This document shows positions 1-8,783 of a DNA stretch of 64,000 nt, in pieces; position 1 is the first letter of the stretch; every line of letters starts with the position of its first letter. This DNA comes from Candidatus Aquivivens invisus. GTDB taxonomy: Bacteria; Omnitrophota; Gorgyraeia; Aquiviventales; Aquiviventaceae. The stretch is from assembly GCA_001804415.1 (NCBI GenBank), contig MHGA01000006.1, positions 14,308-78,307 on the forward strand, given 5' to 3'. The notes beneath the pieces were generated by a model, which had not been told where the DNA came from, ran no database searches, and saw nothing but the letters and a program-made list of their open reading frames with translations. Made by a program: the position numbers and the translations under genes.

Positions 1-1
1 C

Positions 2-604
2 TTGCGGAGGATCCGCGAGGCGCACACGCGGCGCGCGCTCTCGTGGGGGGAGCGCATCTATTTGCCGGCCATCGCCCAGGGGTTGTGGGTGACCTCCGTC
101 CACTTCTGGCGCAACCTCTTGTTGCATCTTGCGCATCGGCTGGGTCTGTTTCGCCACATTCCAGCGTCGGTGACGATTCAATATCCCGATCAGCAGCGGC
201 AGACCTCTCCAAGGCTTCGCACGCGCCACCGGCTCATGCAGCGGGAGGACGGGACCCCTCGGTGCGTGGGCTGCATGTTGTGCGAGACGGTCTGCCCGGC
301 GAAGTGCATCTACATCACGCCGGCGGAGCATCCGGATCCGAACATCGAGAAATACGCGAAGAGCTTCGATCTCGACCTGGGCAAGTGCGTCTACTGCGGC
401 TACTGCGTGGAGGTGTGTCCCGAGGATGCGATTCGGATGGACACGCAACGGCACGACATCGCGGCCTTCTCGCGCGATGGGATGTGGCTGGATATCGTCG
501 AGCTCTTACACCCTGGCTCCAAACACCCGACGGATCCCCCGAAGAAATTTGTCCAGCTTGCGCTCGAGGACTTCAGGCAACTGAAGCGCGAGCGTCCTAC
601 CTAG
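2..604 (+). CDS. nuoI: NADH-quinone oxidoreductase subunit I, C-terminal part (two 4Fe-4S ferredoxin motifs; 5' end lies outside window)
   Basis: CxxCxxCxxxCP twice (CVGCMLCETVCP, CVYCGYCVEVCP); typical NuoI length/ending. Confidence 0.85.
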   Translation: MRRIREAHTRRALSWGERIYLPAIAQGLWVTSVHFWRNLLLHLAHRLGLFRHIPASVTIQYPDQQRQTSPRLRTRHRLMQREDGTPRCVGCMLCETVCPAKCIYITPAEHPDPNIEKYAKSFDLDLGKCVYCGYCVEVCPEDAIRMDTQRHDIAAFSRDGMWLDIVELLHPGSKHPTDPPKKFVQLALEDFRQLKRERPT

Positions 605-1712
605 CGACTCCGGAGGGGGCGAGGTTGCCGGCGCCTGGTTGTTGAGGTGCGTGGGGGTTGGGCGGCCCCCCGAACAGCTCCTTCTGGGTGGCGTGCTGGA
701 GCGCCTCGTCCGTCGTGATCTTCCTTTCCTGCACGAGCGTCTGCAAGCACTGATCCATCGATTGCATCCCTTCCTTCTTCGCCGTCTGAATGATCGAGGG
801 AATCTGGAACGTCTTGCCCTCGCGGATCAGGTTGGCGATGGCCGAATTGGCGATCATGATTTCCACGGCGGCGATGCGTTCCTGGCCATTCGCTTGCCTC
901 AGCAGGTTCTGCGCCACAACCCCGACCAACACGGTCGAGAGGACCTGACGGATCTGCGGCTGCTGGGCAGCCGGAAAGACGTTGATGATCCGGTCCACCG
1001 TGTCGGAGGCGCTGTTGGTGTGCAGCGTGCCGAACACCAGGTGGCCGGTCTCCGCGGCGGTGAGTGCGAGCTCGATCGTCTCCAGGTCCCGCATCTCCCC
1101 GACCAGGATCACGTCAGGATCCTCCCGCAGAGCCGCTCGGAGCGCGCTGGCAAACGAATCCGTATGGACGCCCGCTTCGCGCTGGTTGATGAGGCAGCCT
1201 TTGTTGGGATGCACGAATTCGATCGGGTCTTCGATGGTGATGATGTGCTCTTTGCGGTTGGCGTTGATGTGGTCGATGATGGCGGCCAGCGTGGTGCTCT
1301 TGCCGCTGCCGGTGGCGCCGGTCACCAGCACCAGCCCCGCGCGGCAGGTGGCGAACCGGATGATCTGCTGCGGCAGCCCCAACTGCGCCACGCTTTTGAT
1401 CTCGAAGGGGATATGCCGGAACACCGCCCCGGGCCCTTGCCGCTGGACGAAGGCGTTGACTCGGAACCGTCCGGTGCCGGGCAGCTCGTACGCGAAGTCG
1501 ACATCGTGGTGTTCGTTCCAGCGTTGTTTCTGCTCGGGGCTCATGAGCGGCTCGATCAGCACGCGCGCCGCCTCCGCCGTCACCACCCCCACGCCGTCGC
1601 ACGGCCGCAACTCGCCGTGGATGCGAAAAAGCGGCGGCGAGCCAGTCGTCAGGTGCACGTCGCTGGCGTGATGGTCTCTTGCCGCCACGAGCAACGGGTC
1701 AATGTCCGCCAC
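597..1712 (-). CDS. pilT: Type IV pilus retraction ATPase PilT
   Basis: Walker A GATGSGKST, PilT/PilU family motifs, 371 aa; SD GCAGGAGG upstream of ATG 1712. Confidence 0.85.
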   Translation of the reverse strand: MADIDPLLVAARDHHASDVHLTTGSPPLFRIHGELRPCDGVGVVTAEAARVLIEPLMSPEQKQRWNEHHDVDFAYELPGTGRFRVNAFVQRQGPGAVFRHIPFEIKSVAQLGLPQQIIRFATCRAGLVLVTGATGSGKSTTLAAIIDHINANRKEHIITIEDPIEFVHPNKGCLINQREAGVHTDSFASALRAALREDPDVILVGEMRDLETIELALTAAETGHLVFGTLHTNSASDTVDRIINVFPAAQQPQIRQVLSTVLVGVVAQNLLRQANGQERIAAVEIMIANSAIANLIREGKTFQIPSIIQTAKKEGMQSMDQCLQTLVQERKITTDEALQHATQKELFGGPPNPHAPQQPGAGNLAPSGVAR

Positions 1713-1805
1713 GGGTCGCCTCCTGCGACTGCAACGCTCAACGGATGATAAGGACGCTTAAAATAAGTATACCTGATCGCCGCCCGCGCTGAGGGGTGGG
1801 GAGAA

Positions 1806-3233
1806 TCAAAACGCTATGGCCGAGGAGAGGAGACGGAGAAACGGCTCCTGCACGGTGCCGATGATGACGATGCCAAGGAGCAACAGGAAGAGGACGGCCC
1901 GGCTGATGCCGTCCACCGCGATCGGCTTCGAAGACGCAGGCTTCAGCAGGTACATGCGCCGCACCACACAGAGATAGTAGTACAGCGAGATCGCCACGTT
2001 GAGGCCACCGATCGCCGCCAGCCAGAGCCGATGGCTCTCGACGGCCGAGAGCAGCACGAGCAGCTTGCCGACGAATCCGGCCAGCGGCGGCACGCCGGCC
2101 AGCGACAACAGCGCCACGAACATCGCCGCCGCCAAGAAGGGCGAGCGGTGCGAGAGACCGTTGTACTCCTCCAGCGAGTCGCCGGGGACGATCATCACGA
2201 CGAAGAACGCCGCGAGGGTGCTGACCAGGTACGCCAGGAGGTAAAAGCCCACCGCCTGCGCGCCGGAGAGCAACCCGCTGCACAGCCCCATCAGCAGATA
2301 TCCTGCGTGGCCGATGGAGGAATAGCCGAGCAGCCGCTTGACGTTGGTCTGCGGGATCGCGGCGAGGTTGCCGTACAGCAGGGTCGCGGCGGAGAGCGCG
2401 GCGAGCACGGCCGTCCACACCGCCGCAACCGGCAAGGCCACCGAGTAGAGTAGGCGCAGCAGGACGATCATCCCCGCCATCTTCGAGCCGACCGACAGGA
2501 GTGCCACCACCGGGGTGGGCGCACCCTCGTAGACATCCGGCACCCAGAGATGAAACGGCACGGCCGCCACTTTGAATCCCAATCCCGCCAAGACCAGGAA
2601 CAACCCCGCGAGCACATTCGGGCCGGCCGGGCCGGAGGCCAACAGCGCGCGGAGCGCCTCGAATCCTGTGCCGCCCGCCGCGCCGTAGAGCAAGCTGATG
2701 CCGTACACCAGGAACCCCGAGGAGACAGAGCCCATGATCAGGTACTTCATACCGGCTTCGATGGAGCGGGGATCAGTCTTGACGTACGCGGCCATGACGT
2801 ACAGCGAGAACGTCAGCAGCTCCAAGGCGATGAACAGCAGCAGCAGATCGTTGATGGACGCCAGCACCAGCATCCCCAGCAGTGCGGAGAAGATCAAGAG
2901 GTAGAATTCTCCAAGGTGGGTGATGGCCAGCGGGTTCGCCTGGCGCATCATGGCGATCACGACCGCGGTGGTAATCAGGAAGAGCCACTTGAAGGTGAAG
3001 GCGAACCCATCAAAGAGAAACATGGGTCCGAAGGCCTGCCCGAGCCAACGCGATTGCCATCCCAGCACCCACGCCAGCACCCCGATCCCCAGCATCGCCA
3101 GGCTCCACAGCCGGCGCTGGCGCTTGCCGCGTTCCAGCCCCGCGAACCGGGGGGTGAGCAGCGCATCGCCCGCCAGCAGGACGGCGATCCAGCCGCAGAC
3201 GGCAAGCTCAATCGCGACAACCGGCCAATTCAT
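1806..3233 (-). CDS. nuoN: NADH-quinone oxidoreductase subunit N
   Basis: 14-TM antiporter-like subunit, NuoN-type N-terminus, follows nuoM. Confidence 0.85.
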   Translation of the reverse strand: MNWPVVAIELAVCGWIAVLLAGDALLTPRFAGLERGKRQRRLWSLAMLGIGVLAWVLGWQSRWLGQAFGPMFLFDGFAFTFKWLFLITTAVVIAMMRQANPLAITHLGEFYLLIFSALLGMLVLASINDLLLLFIALELLTFSLYVMAAYVKTDPRSIEAGMKYLIMGSVSSGFLVYGISLLYGAAGGTGFEALRALLASGPAGPNVLAGLFLVLAGLGFKVAAVPFHLWVPDVYEGAPTPVVALLSVGSKMAGMIVLLRLLYSVALPVAAVWTAVLAALSAATLLYGNLAAIPQTNVKRLLGYSSIGHAGYLLMGLCSGLLSGAQAVGFYLLAYLVSTLAAFFVVMIVPGDSLEEYNGLSHRSPFLAAAMFVALLSLAGVPPLAGFVGKLLVLLSAVESHRLWLAAIGGLNVAISLYYYLCVVRRMYLLKPASSKPIAVDGISRAVLFLLLLGIVIIGTVQEPFLRLLSSAIAF

Positions 3234-3248
3234 CTGTAGAAGATGTAA

Positions 3249-4814
3249 TCATCTAACAATCTGTGTAATCGAGGTCTGCTCTTTAGCTATATGCACTTCG
3301 AGAGGTTGCGCGGGTGCCAGGGTGCGCGCGACGAGCGGGCGCGTGGAGAGATCAATCAATCGCACCAGCGGCTTGGGCCAGCATCCCACGATCAACAGTG
3401 CTGCGATCAACACCACATACGGGAGGCGGGCAAACGGGGTGGCGGCGTCTTTCGCGTGGGCGAGGCTCTCGTTGGCGCCTCCGAAGAACACCCCGCGCAC
3501 CATCCGCAGCATGTACACCGAGGTGATCACGATCCCCAGCACCGCCAGCACCGCCTGCAGACGGTACCGATCCCACGACCCGAAGATCACCATCATCTCC
3601 GCCACGAAGTTCGCGAATCCCGGCAGGCCGCTGGACGCCATGGCGGCCATCACCCCGCAGGTGGCGATGAACGGCAGGCGCTTCGCCAGCCCTCCCAGCT
3701 CCGGCAGGGAGCGCGTGTGCGTCTCGTCGTAGATGTGGCCGACCAGCGCGAAGGCGAGCGCCGTCATCACCCCGTGCCCGAACATCAGCAACACCGCACC
3801 GTTGAGCGAGAGCGGAGTGAGCGCACAGATCCCCAGCAGGACGTAGCCCATGTGGCTGGAGGAGGAGTACCCGATGATGAACTTCAAATCTTTCTGGGCC
3901 ATGGCGACCAGCCCGCCGTAGATGATGTTCATCGTGCACAGCCCGGCGATCCACGGCAGCCACGCCTGCGCGCCGAGGGGCAGGAGGTTCAGCGGCAGGC
4001 GGATGATCGCGTAGGAACCCAGCTTCATCAGGACCGCCGCATGCAGCATGCTCACCGCCGACGGAGCCGCGGCGTGTCCGATAGGCGACCAGCTATGCAG
4101 CGGCCACAGCGGCGCGATGACCCCGAAGCCCACCGCCAGCAGGGGAAAGATCCACCACTGCAACCGGGCGTCCAGCGGATGGGCGCGCAGATGCTCCTCC
4201 AGCGCGACCACGTCAAAGGTCTGCGCCCCGCAACTGACGTACAGCCACAAGAGTCCGATCAACGCCAGCACCGCGCCGGAGGTGAGGTAAATCGTCAGCT
4301 TCATCGCGGCGTATTCTTTCGAGAACACCACCCGGCCGCCTTCCTTGGTATCGCTGCCCCAGACGCCGATGAGCGGATACATCGGGATCACCGCCATCTC
4401 GTAGAAGAAGTAGAAGAAGAACAGATCCAGCGACAGGAACACCCCGAACACGCCGGTGATGAGCAGCAGGTAGAAGAGATAGTATTCCTTCACGCGCTCC
4501 TTGATGGCGTACGAGATCAGCACGCCGGCGAAGGCGCAGATCGCATGCAGCAGCACCAGCACGGCGCTGATCCCATCCACCCCGAGGTGAAACCCGACGC
4601 CCAGCGCGGCGATCCACGGCACCTCCACGTGGAACTGATATCCACCGGAGGAGCGGTCGAAATTCGTCACCACCCACAGCGCGGTCAGCAGCGGGATGAA
4701 GGTCGCCCCCACCGCCACCCGCCGGATGAGGCGGATCTCTTGCCGGGGGAGCCACAGCAACAGCATCACGCCCATCGCCGGCGCCAGCAGGATCATCAGC
4801 AGCGGACTCATCAT
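3249..4814 (-). CDS. nuoM: NADH-quinone oxidoreductase subunit M (start ATGATGA overlapping nuoL stop)
   Basis: NuoM-type sequence; ATG at 4814 overlaps TGA of nuoL (4811-4813); the longer ORF to 4931 is rejected as extension. Confidence 0.85.
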   Translation of the reverse strand: MMSPLLMILLAPAMGVMLLLWLPRQEIRLIRRVAVGATFIPLLTALWVVTNFDRSSGGYQFHVEVPWIAALGVGFHLGVDGISAVLVLLHAICAFAGVLISYAIKERVKEYYLFYLLLITGVFGVFLSLDLFFFYFFYEMAVIPMYPLIGVWGSDTKEGGRVVFSKEYAAMKLTIYLTSGAVLALIGLLWLYVSCGAQTFDVVALEEHLRAHPLDARLQWWIFPLLAVGFGVIAPLWPLHSWSPIGHAAAPSAVSMLHAAVLMKLGSYAIIRLPLNLLPLGAQAWLPWIAGLCTMNIIYGGLVAMAQKDLKFIIGYSSSSHMGYVLLGICALTPLSLNGAVLLMFGHGVMTALAFALVGHIYDETHTRSLPELGGLAKRLPFIATCGVMAAMASSGLPGFANFVAEMMVIFGSWDRYRLQAVLAVLGIVITSVYMLRMVRGVFFGGANESLAHAKDAATPFARLPYVVLIAALLIVGCWPKPLVRLIDLSTRPLVARTLAPAQPLEVHIAKEQTSITQIVR

Positions 4815-6760
4815 GGATGGTTCGCCAGATACAGCAACGCGACGACTCCCACAAAAAACACCAACACGTACTGCTGCACCTTCCCGGTTTGGCACAAGCG
4901 CAGCAACCGGCCGGCCGTCTTGGTCGTCCACGCCGTGCCGTTGACCGCCAAGCCGATAATGACGAACCGCTCAAACAGCGCGCAGGCGGAGGCGATGAGG
5001 CGCTGCTGAATCCGATCCACATACCAGGCATACGCGTCGTCGATACGGTAGTGCCGAAGGAGCAGCCGGTAGACCGGGCCGAACGTCTGCGCAATCTTCG
5101 ACGGTGAGATTGAGCGCGTGCCGTAGATCAACCATGCCAGCCCGACGCCGATGGCCACCACCACCAGGGAGGTCCCGGCGATGCCCCAATGCAGCTCGGC
5201 CGCCTGCTCACCCAGAAACGCCGGGATGCCGAGGTAACCGCCGACGATGGACAGCGCCGCCAGCACCGCCAGCGGAACGAGCATGATCGTCGGAGACTCG
5301 TGCGGATGCAATCCGTGGGCGGGCGACCGAGCCGGCACCATCCCTGCTGGCGAGGAAGTGCCGTCAGCCGCAGGGCTGACGGCCTTGCCCACAAACGCCA
5401 CACACCACACCCGCGCCGTGTAGAACGCGGTGAAACCCGCGGTCACCGTCCCCAACCAGTAGAGCGAGGCGTTGTGCTCATGGGCGAGCGCGAGGATGGC
5501 ATCCTTGCTGAAAAAACCGCTCAAGCCCGGCGCGCCGCACAACGCCAGCGCGCCGACGAAAAACGAGAGCGACGTCCATCGCATCGACGTCCACAGTCCC
5601 CCCAGCTCCCAGATGTTCTGCCGGTGGGTGCCGTGGATGACGCTGCCGGCGCTGAGGAACAGCAGCGCCTTGAAAAACGCGTGCGTGGTGAGGTGATACA
5701 TGCCCGCGCCCGCCCCGCCCAACCCCACCGCCATCACCATGTAGCCAAGCTGGCTCAGCGTCGAGTACGCGAGGATGCGCTTCAGGTCCGATTCCACGAT
5801 GGCCAGGCACGCCGAGAGAAACGCCGTCGCGCCACCGACCCACGCGATCACGGTCAAGACGGTGCGCAACTCCTCGAACAGCCAGAAGGTCCGGCAGAGC
5901 ATGTAGACCCCGGCCGCCACCATCGTGGCCGCATGGATGAGCGCGGAGACCGACGTGGGCCCTTCCATCGCATCCGGCAGCCACACGTGCAGCGGAAACT
6001 GCGCCGACTTGCCCAGCACCCCGCAGAACAGCAACAGCCCGATCCCCGTCAGCGCCGTAGGGGACAGCCACCCCAGCTCCATCAGGTGCGGAAGCCGCTG
6101 GTACAGCGTCTGGAACTGCACGCTGCGCTCAGCGGCGATCGGGCTTGAGACGGCCCACAGCCAGACAATCCCCAGCAGGAAGCCGAAGTCCGCGACGCGG
6201 TTGACCATGAACGCTTTCTTGCCGGCCTCAGCGGCGGCGGGTTTCTCGTACCAGTGGCCGATGAGCGCGTAGGAGCAGAACCCCACTAGCTCCCAGCCGA
6301 TGAACAGCTCGATCCAGTTGGTCGCCAGGACGATCGCCAGCATGGAGAAGGCGAACAGCGACAGCAGTCCGAAGTACCGGCTGTAGCCGGCGTCATCCGC
6401 CATGTAGCCGATGGAATAGAGGAAGATGGCACTGCCCACGCCGGTGACCACCAGCGACATGAGCAGGGAGAGCCGGTCGATGAGCACCCCGAACGGAATG
6501 GAGAAGTCCGGCAGCCCGATCCATGTCACCGATAGCTCCAGCGGCAGGGTCAGGCCTCCGCTGCGCGCTTGGACGAACAGCGACAGCGCGCAGGCAAACG
6601 AGAGCAGCAGCCCCCCATTGGCGAGCAGCGCGCTCAACCGCCGTCGGGAGATCCCGAAGAGGAGAATCCCCAGCGCCGAGACGAGCGGGCTGAGCAACAG
6701 GGTCCACGCGCAGAAAACGGCTGAAGGCTGAAGGCTGAAGGCTGAAGGCTGGGCTACCAT
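4811..6760 (-). CDS. nuoL: NADH-quinone oxidoreductase subunit L; 12-aa N-terminal extension encoded by a (GGCTGAA)n heptamer tract
   Basis: 649-aa antiporter-like subunit with long C-terminal helix region; ATG 6760 overlaps nuoK stop. Confidence 0.85.
   Translation of the reverse strand: MVAQPSAFSLQPSAVFCAWTLLLSPLVSALGILLFGISRRRLSALLANGGLLLSFACALSLFVQARSGGLTLPLELSVTWIGLPDFSIPFGVLIDRLSLLMSLVVTGVGSAIFLYSIGYMADDAGYSRYFGLLSLFAFSMLAIVLATNWIELFIGWELVGFCSYALIGHWYEKPAAAEAGKKAFMVNRVADFGFLLGIVWLWAVSSPIAAERSVQFQTLYQRLPHLMELGWLSPTALTGIGLLLFCGVLGKSAQFPLHVWLPDAMEGPTSVSALIHAATMVAAGVYMLCRTFWLFEELRTVLTVIAWVGGATAFLSACLAIVESDLKRILAYSTLSQLGYMVMAVGLGGAGAGMYHLTTHAFFKALLFLSAGSVIHGTHRQNIWELGGLWTSMRWTSLSFFVGALALCGAPGLSGFFSKDAILALAHEHNASLYWLGTVTAGFTAFYTARVWCVAFVGKAVSPAADGTSSPAGMVPARSPAHGLHPHESPTIMLVPLAVLAALSIVGGYLGIPAFLGEQAAELHWGIAGTSLVVVAIGVGLAWLIYGTRSISPSKIAQTFGPVYRLLLRHYRIDDAYAWYVDRIQQRLIASACALFERFVIIGLAVNGTAWTTKTAGRLLRLCQTGKVQQYVLVFFVGVVALLYLANHP
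6718..6752. repeat. Tandem heptanucleotide repeat (GGCTGAA)x4.7 inside the first 15 codons of nuoL
   Basis: ggctgaa repeated 4 times perfectly + ggctggg; read directly. Confidence 0.95.
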
Positions 6761-7056
6761 TTGAGCTGGCGGACCTCATCGACGTTGAGCGTCTTCAATT
6801 GGCGGGACATCAGGATCGCAATCGCGAGTCCCACGGTGACCTCAGCCGCCGCAACGGTGATCACAAACAGCACGATGAGCTGCCCGTTCAGATCCCCCAG
6901 CGCCCGACCGTAGGCGACAAACGACAGGTTGGCCGCGTTGAACATCAGCTCGATGCACAGCAGGATCATCAGCACGTTGCGCCGCGTCATGATCCCGACG
7001 AGCCCGATCGCAAAGAGCACCCCGCTGAGGACGAGGTAGTGATTGAGGGTGATCAT
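6754..7056 (-). CDS. nuoK: NADH-quinone oxidoreductase subunit K
   Basis: 100 aa, 3 TM, conserved NuoK sequence. Confidence 0.9.
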   Translation of the reverse strand: MITLNHYLVLSGVLFAIGLVGIMTRRNVLMILLCIELMFNAANLSFVAYGRALGDLNGQLIVLFVITVAAAEVTVGLAIAILMSRQLKTLNVDEVRQLKW

Positions 7057-7078
7057 CGAGGGAATGAATAGGTCGGGG

Positions 7079-7582
7079 TCATTGATCGTGTCGCGTGACG
7101 CGGGCGAGGGTGATCGCGCCGATGATGGCCGCGAGGATGAGGAAGGACGTCAGTTCAAACGGCAGCAGGTACGTCGTGAAGAGCAGGCGCGCGACCTCCC
7201 GCACCGTCCACGTCGCCGCCGCCGTCGTGCCCGGGCCGGAGGCGGTGCGCACCAACATCCCCACCAGCTGCACGCAGAAGAGTGCGCCCACCAGCGTGCC
7301 GATGGCGCGCAGCGTAAAGGGGCGCATGCGCGAGAGTGCCTCCGGAGCGAGATTGAGCAGCATGATGGCGAACAGGAACAGCACCAGCACCGCCCCGGCG
7401 TACAGGAGGATTTGGATCGCGGCCACAAAAAAGGCCCCCAGCATCACGAACAGGGAGGCCAAGCAGAACATCGCCACCAGGAGGGAGAGCACGCTGTAGA
7501 TCGGCTGGGGACTGGTGACGACCAGCAGCGCGGCCGCCAGCAGGACTGCGCTGAAGAGATAAAAACAGACTGCTTCCACCAT
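7079..7582 (-). CDS. nuoJ: NADH-quinone oxidoreductase subunit J (true start ATG 7582; the longer ORF to 8281 is an antisense extension)
   Basis: 167 aa MVEAVCFYLF..., NuoJ-type TM profile. Confidence 0.8.
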   Translation of the reverse strand: MVEAVCFYLFSAVLLAAALLVVTSPQPIYSVLSLLVAMFCLASLFVMLGAFFVAAIQILLYAGAVLVLFLFAIMLLNLAPEALSRMRPFTLRAIGTLVGALFCVQLVGMLVRTASGPGTTAAATWTVREVARLLFTTYLLPFELTSFLILAAIIGAITLARVTRHDQ

Positions 7583-7654
7583 TGGGCTCTTGCGGGGGGA
7601 TTCGGAAGGCCTTATTATAGAGGCTCCTTGTTGGGGTGTCCACTGAGGCCTCCC

Positions 7655-8779
7655 ATGAATCGTGCCCAACTCATCATCGCCGATAGCGAGAAAAACGCCA
7701 ACCTCTACTACGCCACGAGATTCCTGGCGCCCGATCCGTTCATCTTGGTTCAAGCCGACGGCCGCAAGCAGCTGGTCATGAGCGACCTGGAGCTGGATCG
7801 CGCCAAGGCGCAAGCGACGGTGGATGAGGTCCTCTCGTACACCGCCCTGGCCCGACAGGCCAAGCAACGGCTCAGCGGGGAACCGACGATGCTGGATGTC
7901 GTCGATGAGCTCTTGCAGGCGTACGGGGCGAAGGCGATCGAGGTCCCGCTCGATTTCAGCGTCGGGCACGCGGATGGGCTGAGGCAGCGGGGCTATGAGA
8001 TCGTCGCCAAGCCGGAGCCGTTTTACCCGCAGCGACTGCTGAAGTCCGAGGAGGAAATCGCCTTCCTCACCCAGACGCTTCGCGCGACGGAAGACGCGCT
8101 CGAATCGGCCATCGAGCTGATCCGCAACTCCGAGATCAAGGCCGACGGGACGCTGTGGATCGGTGGCAAGCCCCTCACGGTGGAGATGATCCGGAAGGTC
8201 CTGCACATGCAGCTGCTGGAGCGCAACTGCATCGGGCAGCACACGATCATCGCCTGCGGGGCGCAGGCGGTCGATCCGCACAACGAAGGTTCAGGCCCGC
8301 TGAGGGCCAACGAGCCGATCGTGATGGACGTGTTCCCGCAGCACGCCGATACGCGCTACTTCGCCGACATCACGCGCACCATCGTCAAGGGCAAGGCGGC
8401 TCCGAAAGTCCGCAAGATGTTCGACGCGGTGCGCGAGGGGCAGGAGATCGCCTTTCGGATGATCAAAGACGGCGTGGATGGGTCGGTGGTGCATCAAGCG
8501 ATCCTGGCCTCGTTCGAGTCGCTCGGGTTCAAGACGGGGCCGCAGGACGGCCGCATGCAGGGGTTCTTCCACGGGACGGGTCACGGGGTCGGCTTGGAGA
8601 TCCACGAGCCGCCGCGCATCAGCCCCCGCAAGGACATCTTGAGAGCCGGCATGGTGGTGACGGTTGAGCCCGGACTCTACTACATGGATGCCGGCGGGAT
8701 GCGCCTCGAGGACATGGTCGTGGTGACGAGCGACGGGTGTCTGGTGCTGACCCAGGCCCCGAAAATCTTGGAAGTGTAG
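7655..8779 (+). CDS. M24 family Xaa-Pro aminopeptidase / creatinase-type peptidase
   Basis: Creatinase N-domain plus pita-bread fold motifs (HGTGHGVGLEIHEPP, VEPGLY). Confidence 0.8.
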   Translation: MNRAQLIIADSEKNANLYYATRFLAPDPFILVQADGRKQLVMSDLELDRAKAQATVDEVLSYTALARQAKQRLSGEPTMLDVVDELLQAYGAKAIEVPLDFSVGHADGLRQRGYEIVAKPEPFYPQRLLKSEEEIAFLTQTLRATEDALESAIELIRNSEIKADGTLWIGGKPLTVEMIRKVLHMQLLERNCIGQHTIIACGAQAVDPHNEGSGPLRANEPIVMDVFPQHADTRYFADITRTIVKGKAAPKVRKMFDAVREGQEIAFRMIKDGVDGSVVHQAILASFESLGFKTGPQDGRMQGFFHGTGHGVGLEIHEPPRISPRKDILRAGMVVTVEPGLYYMDAGGMRLEDMVVVTSDGCLVLTQAPKILEV

Positions 8780-8783
8780 CGCC

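Noticed and set aside
639-1748. 369-aa plus-strand ORF antisense to pilT, with many similar long ORFs opposite nuoM, nuoL, the HK/RR genes, the RND pump and others
   Set aside because: These are Arg/Pro/Gly-rich shadow ORFs typical of 65% GC DNA. Each lies entirely within a well-supported gene on the other strand and has no recognisable domains.
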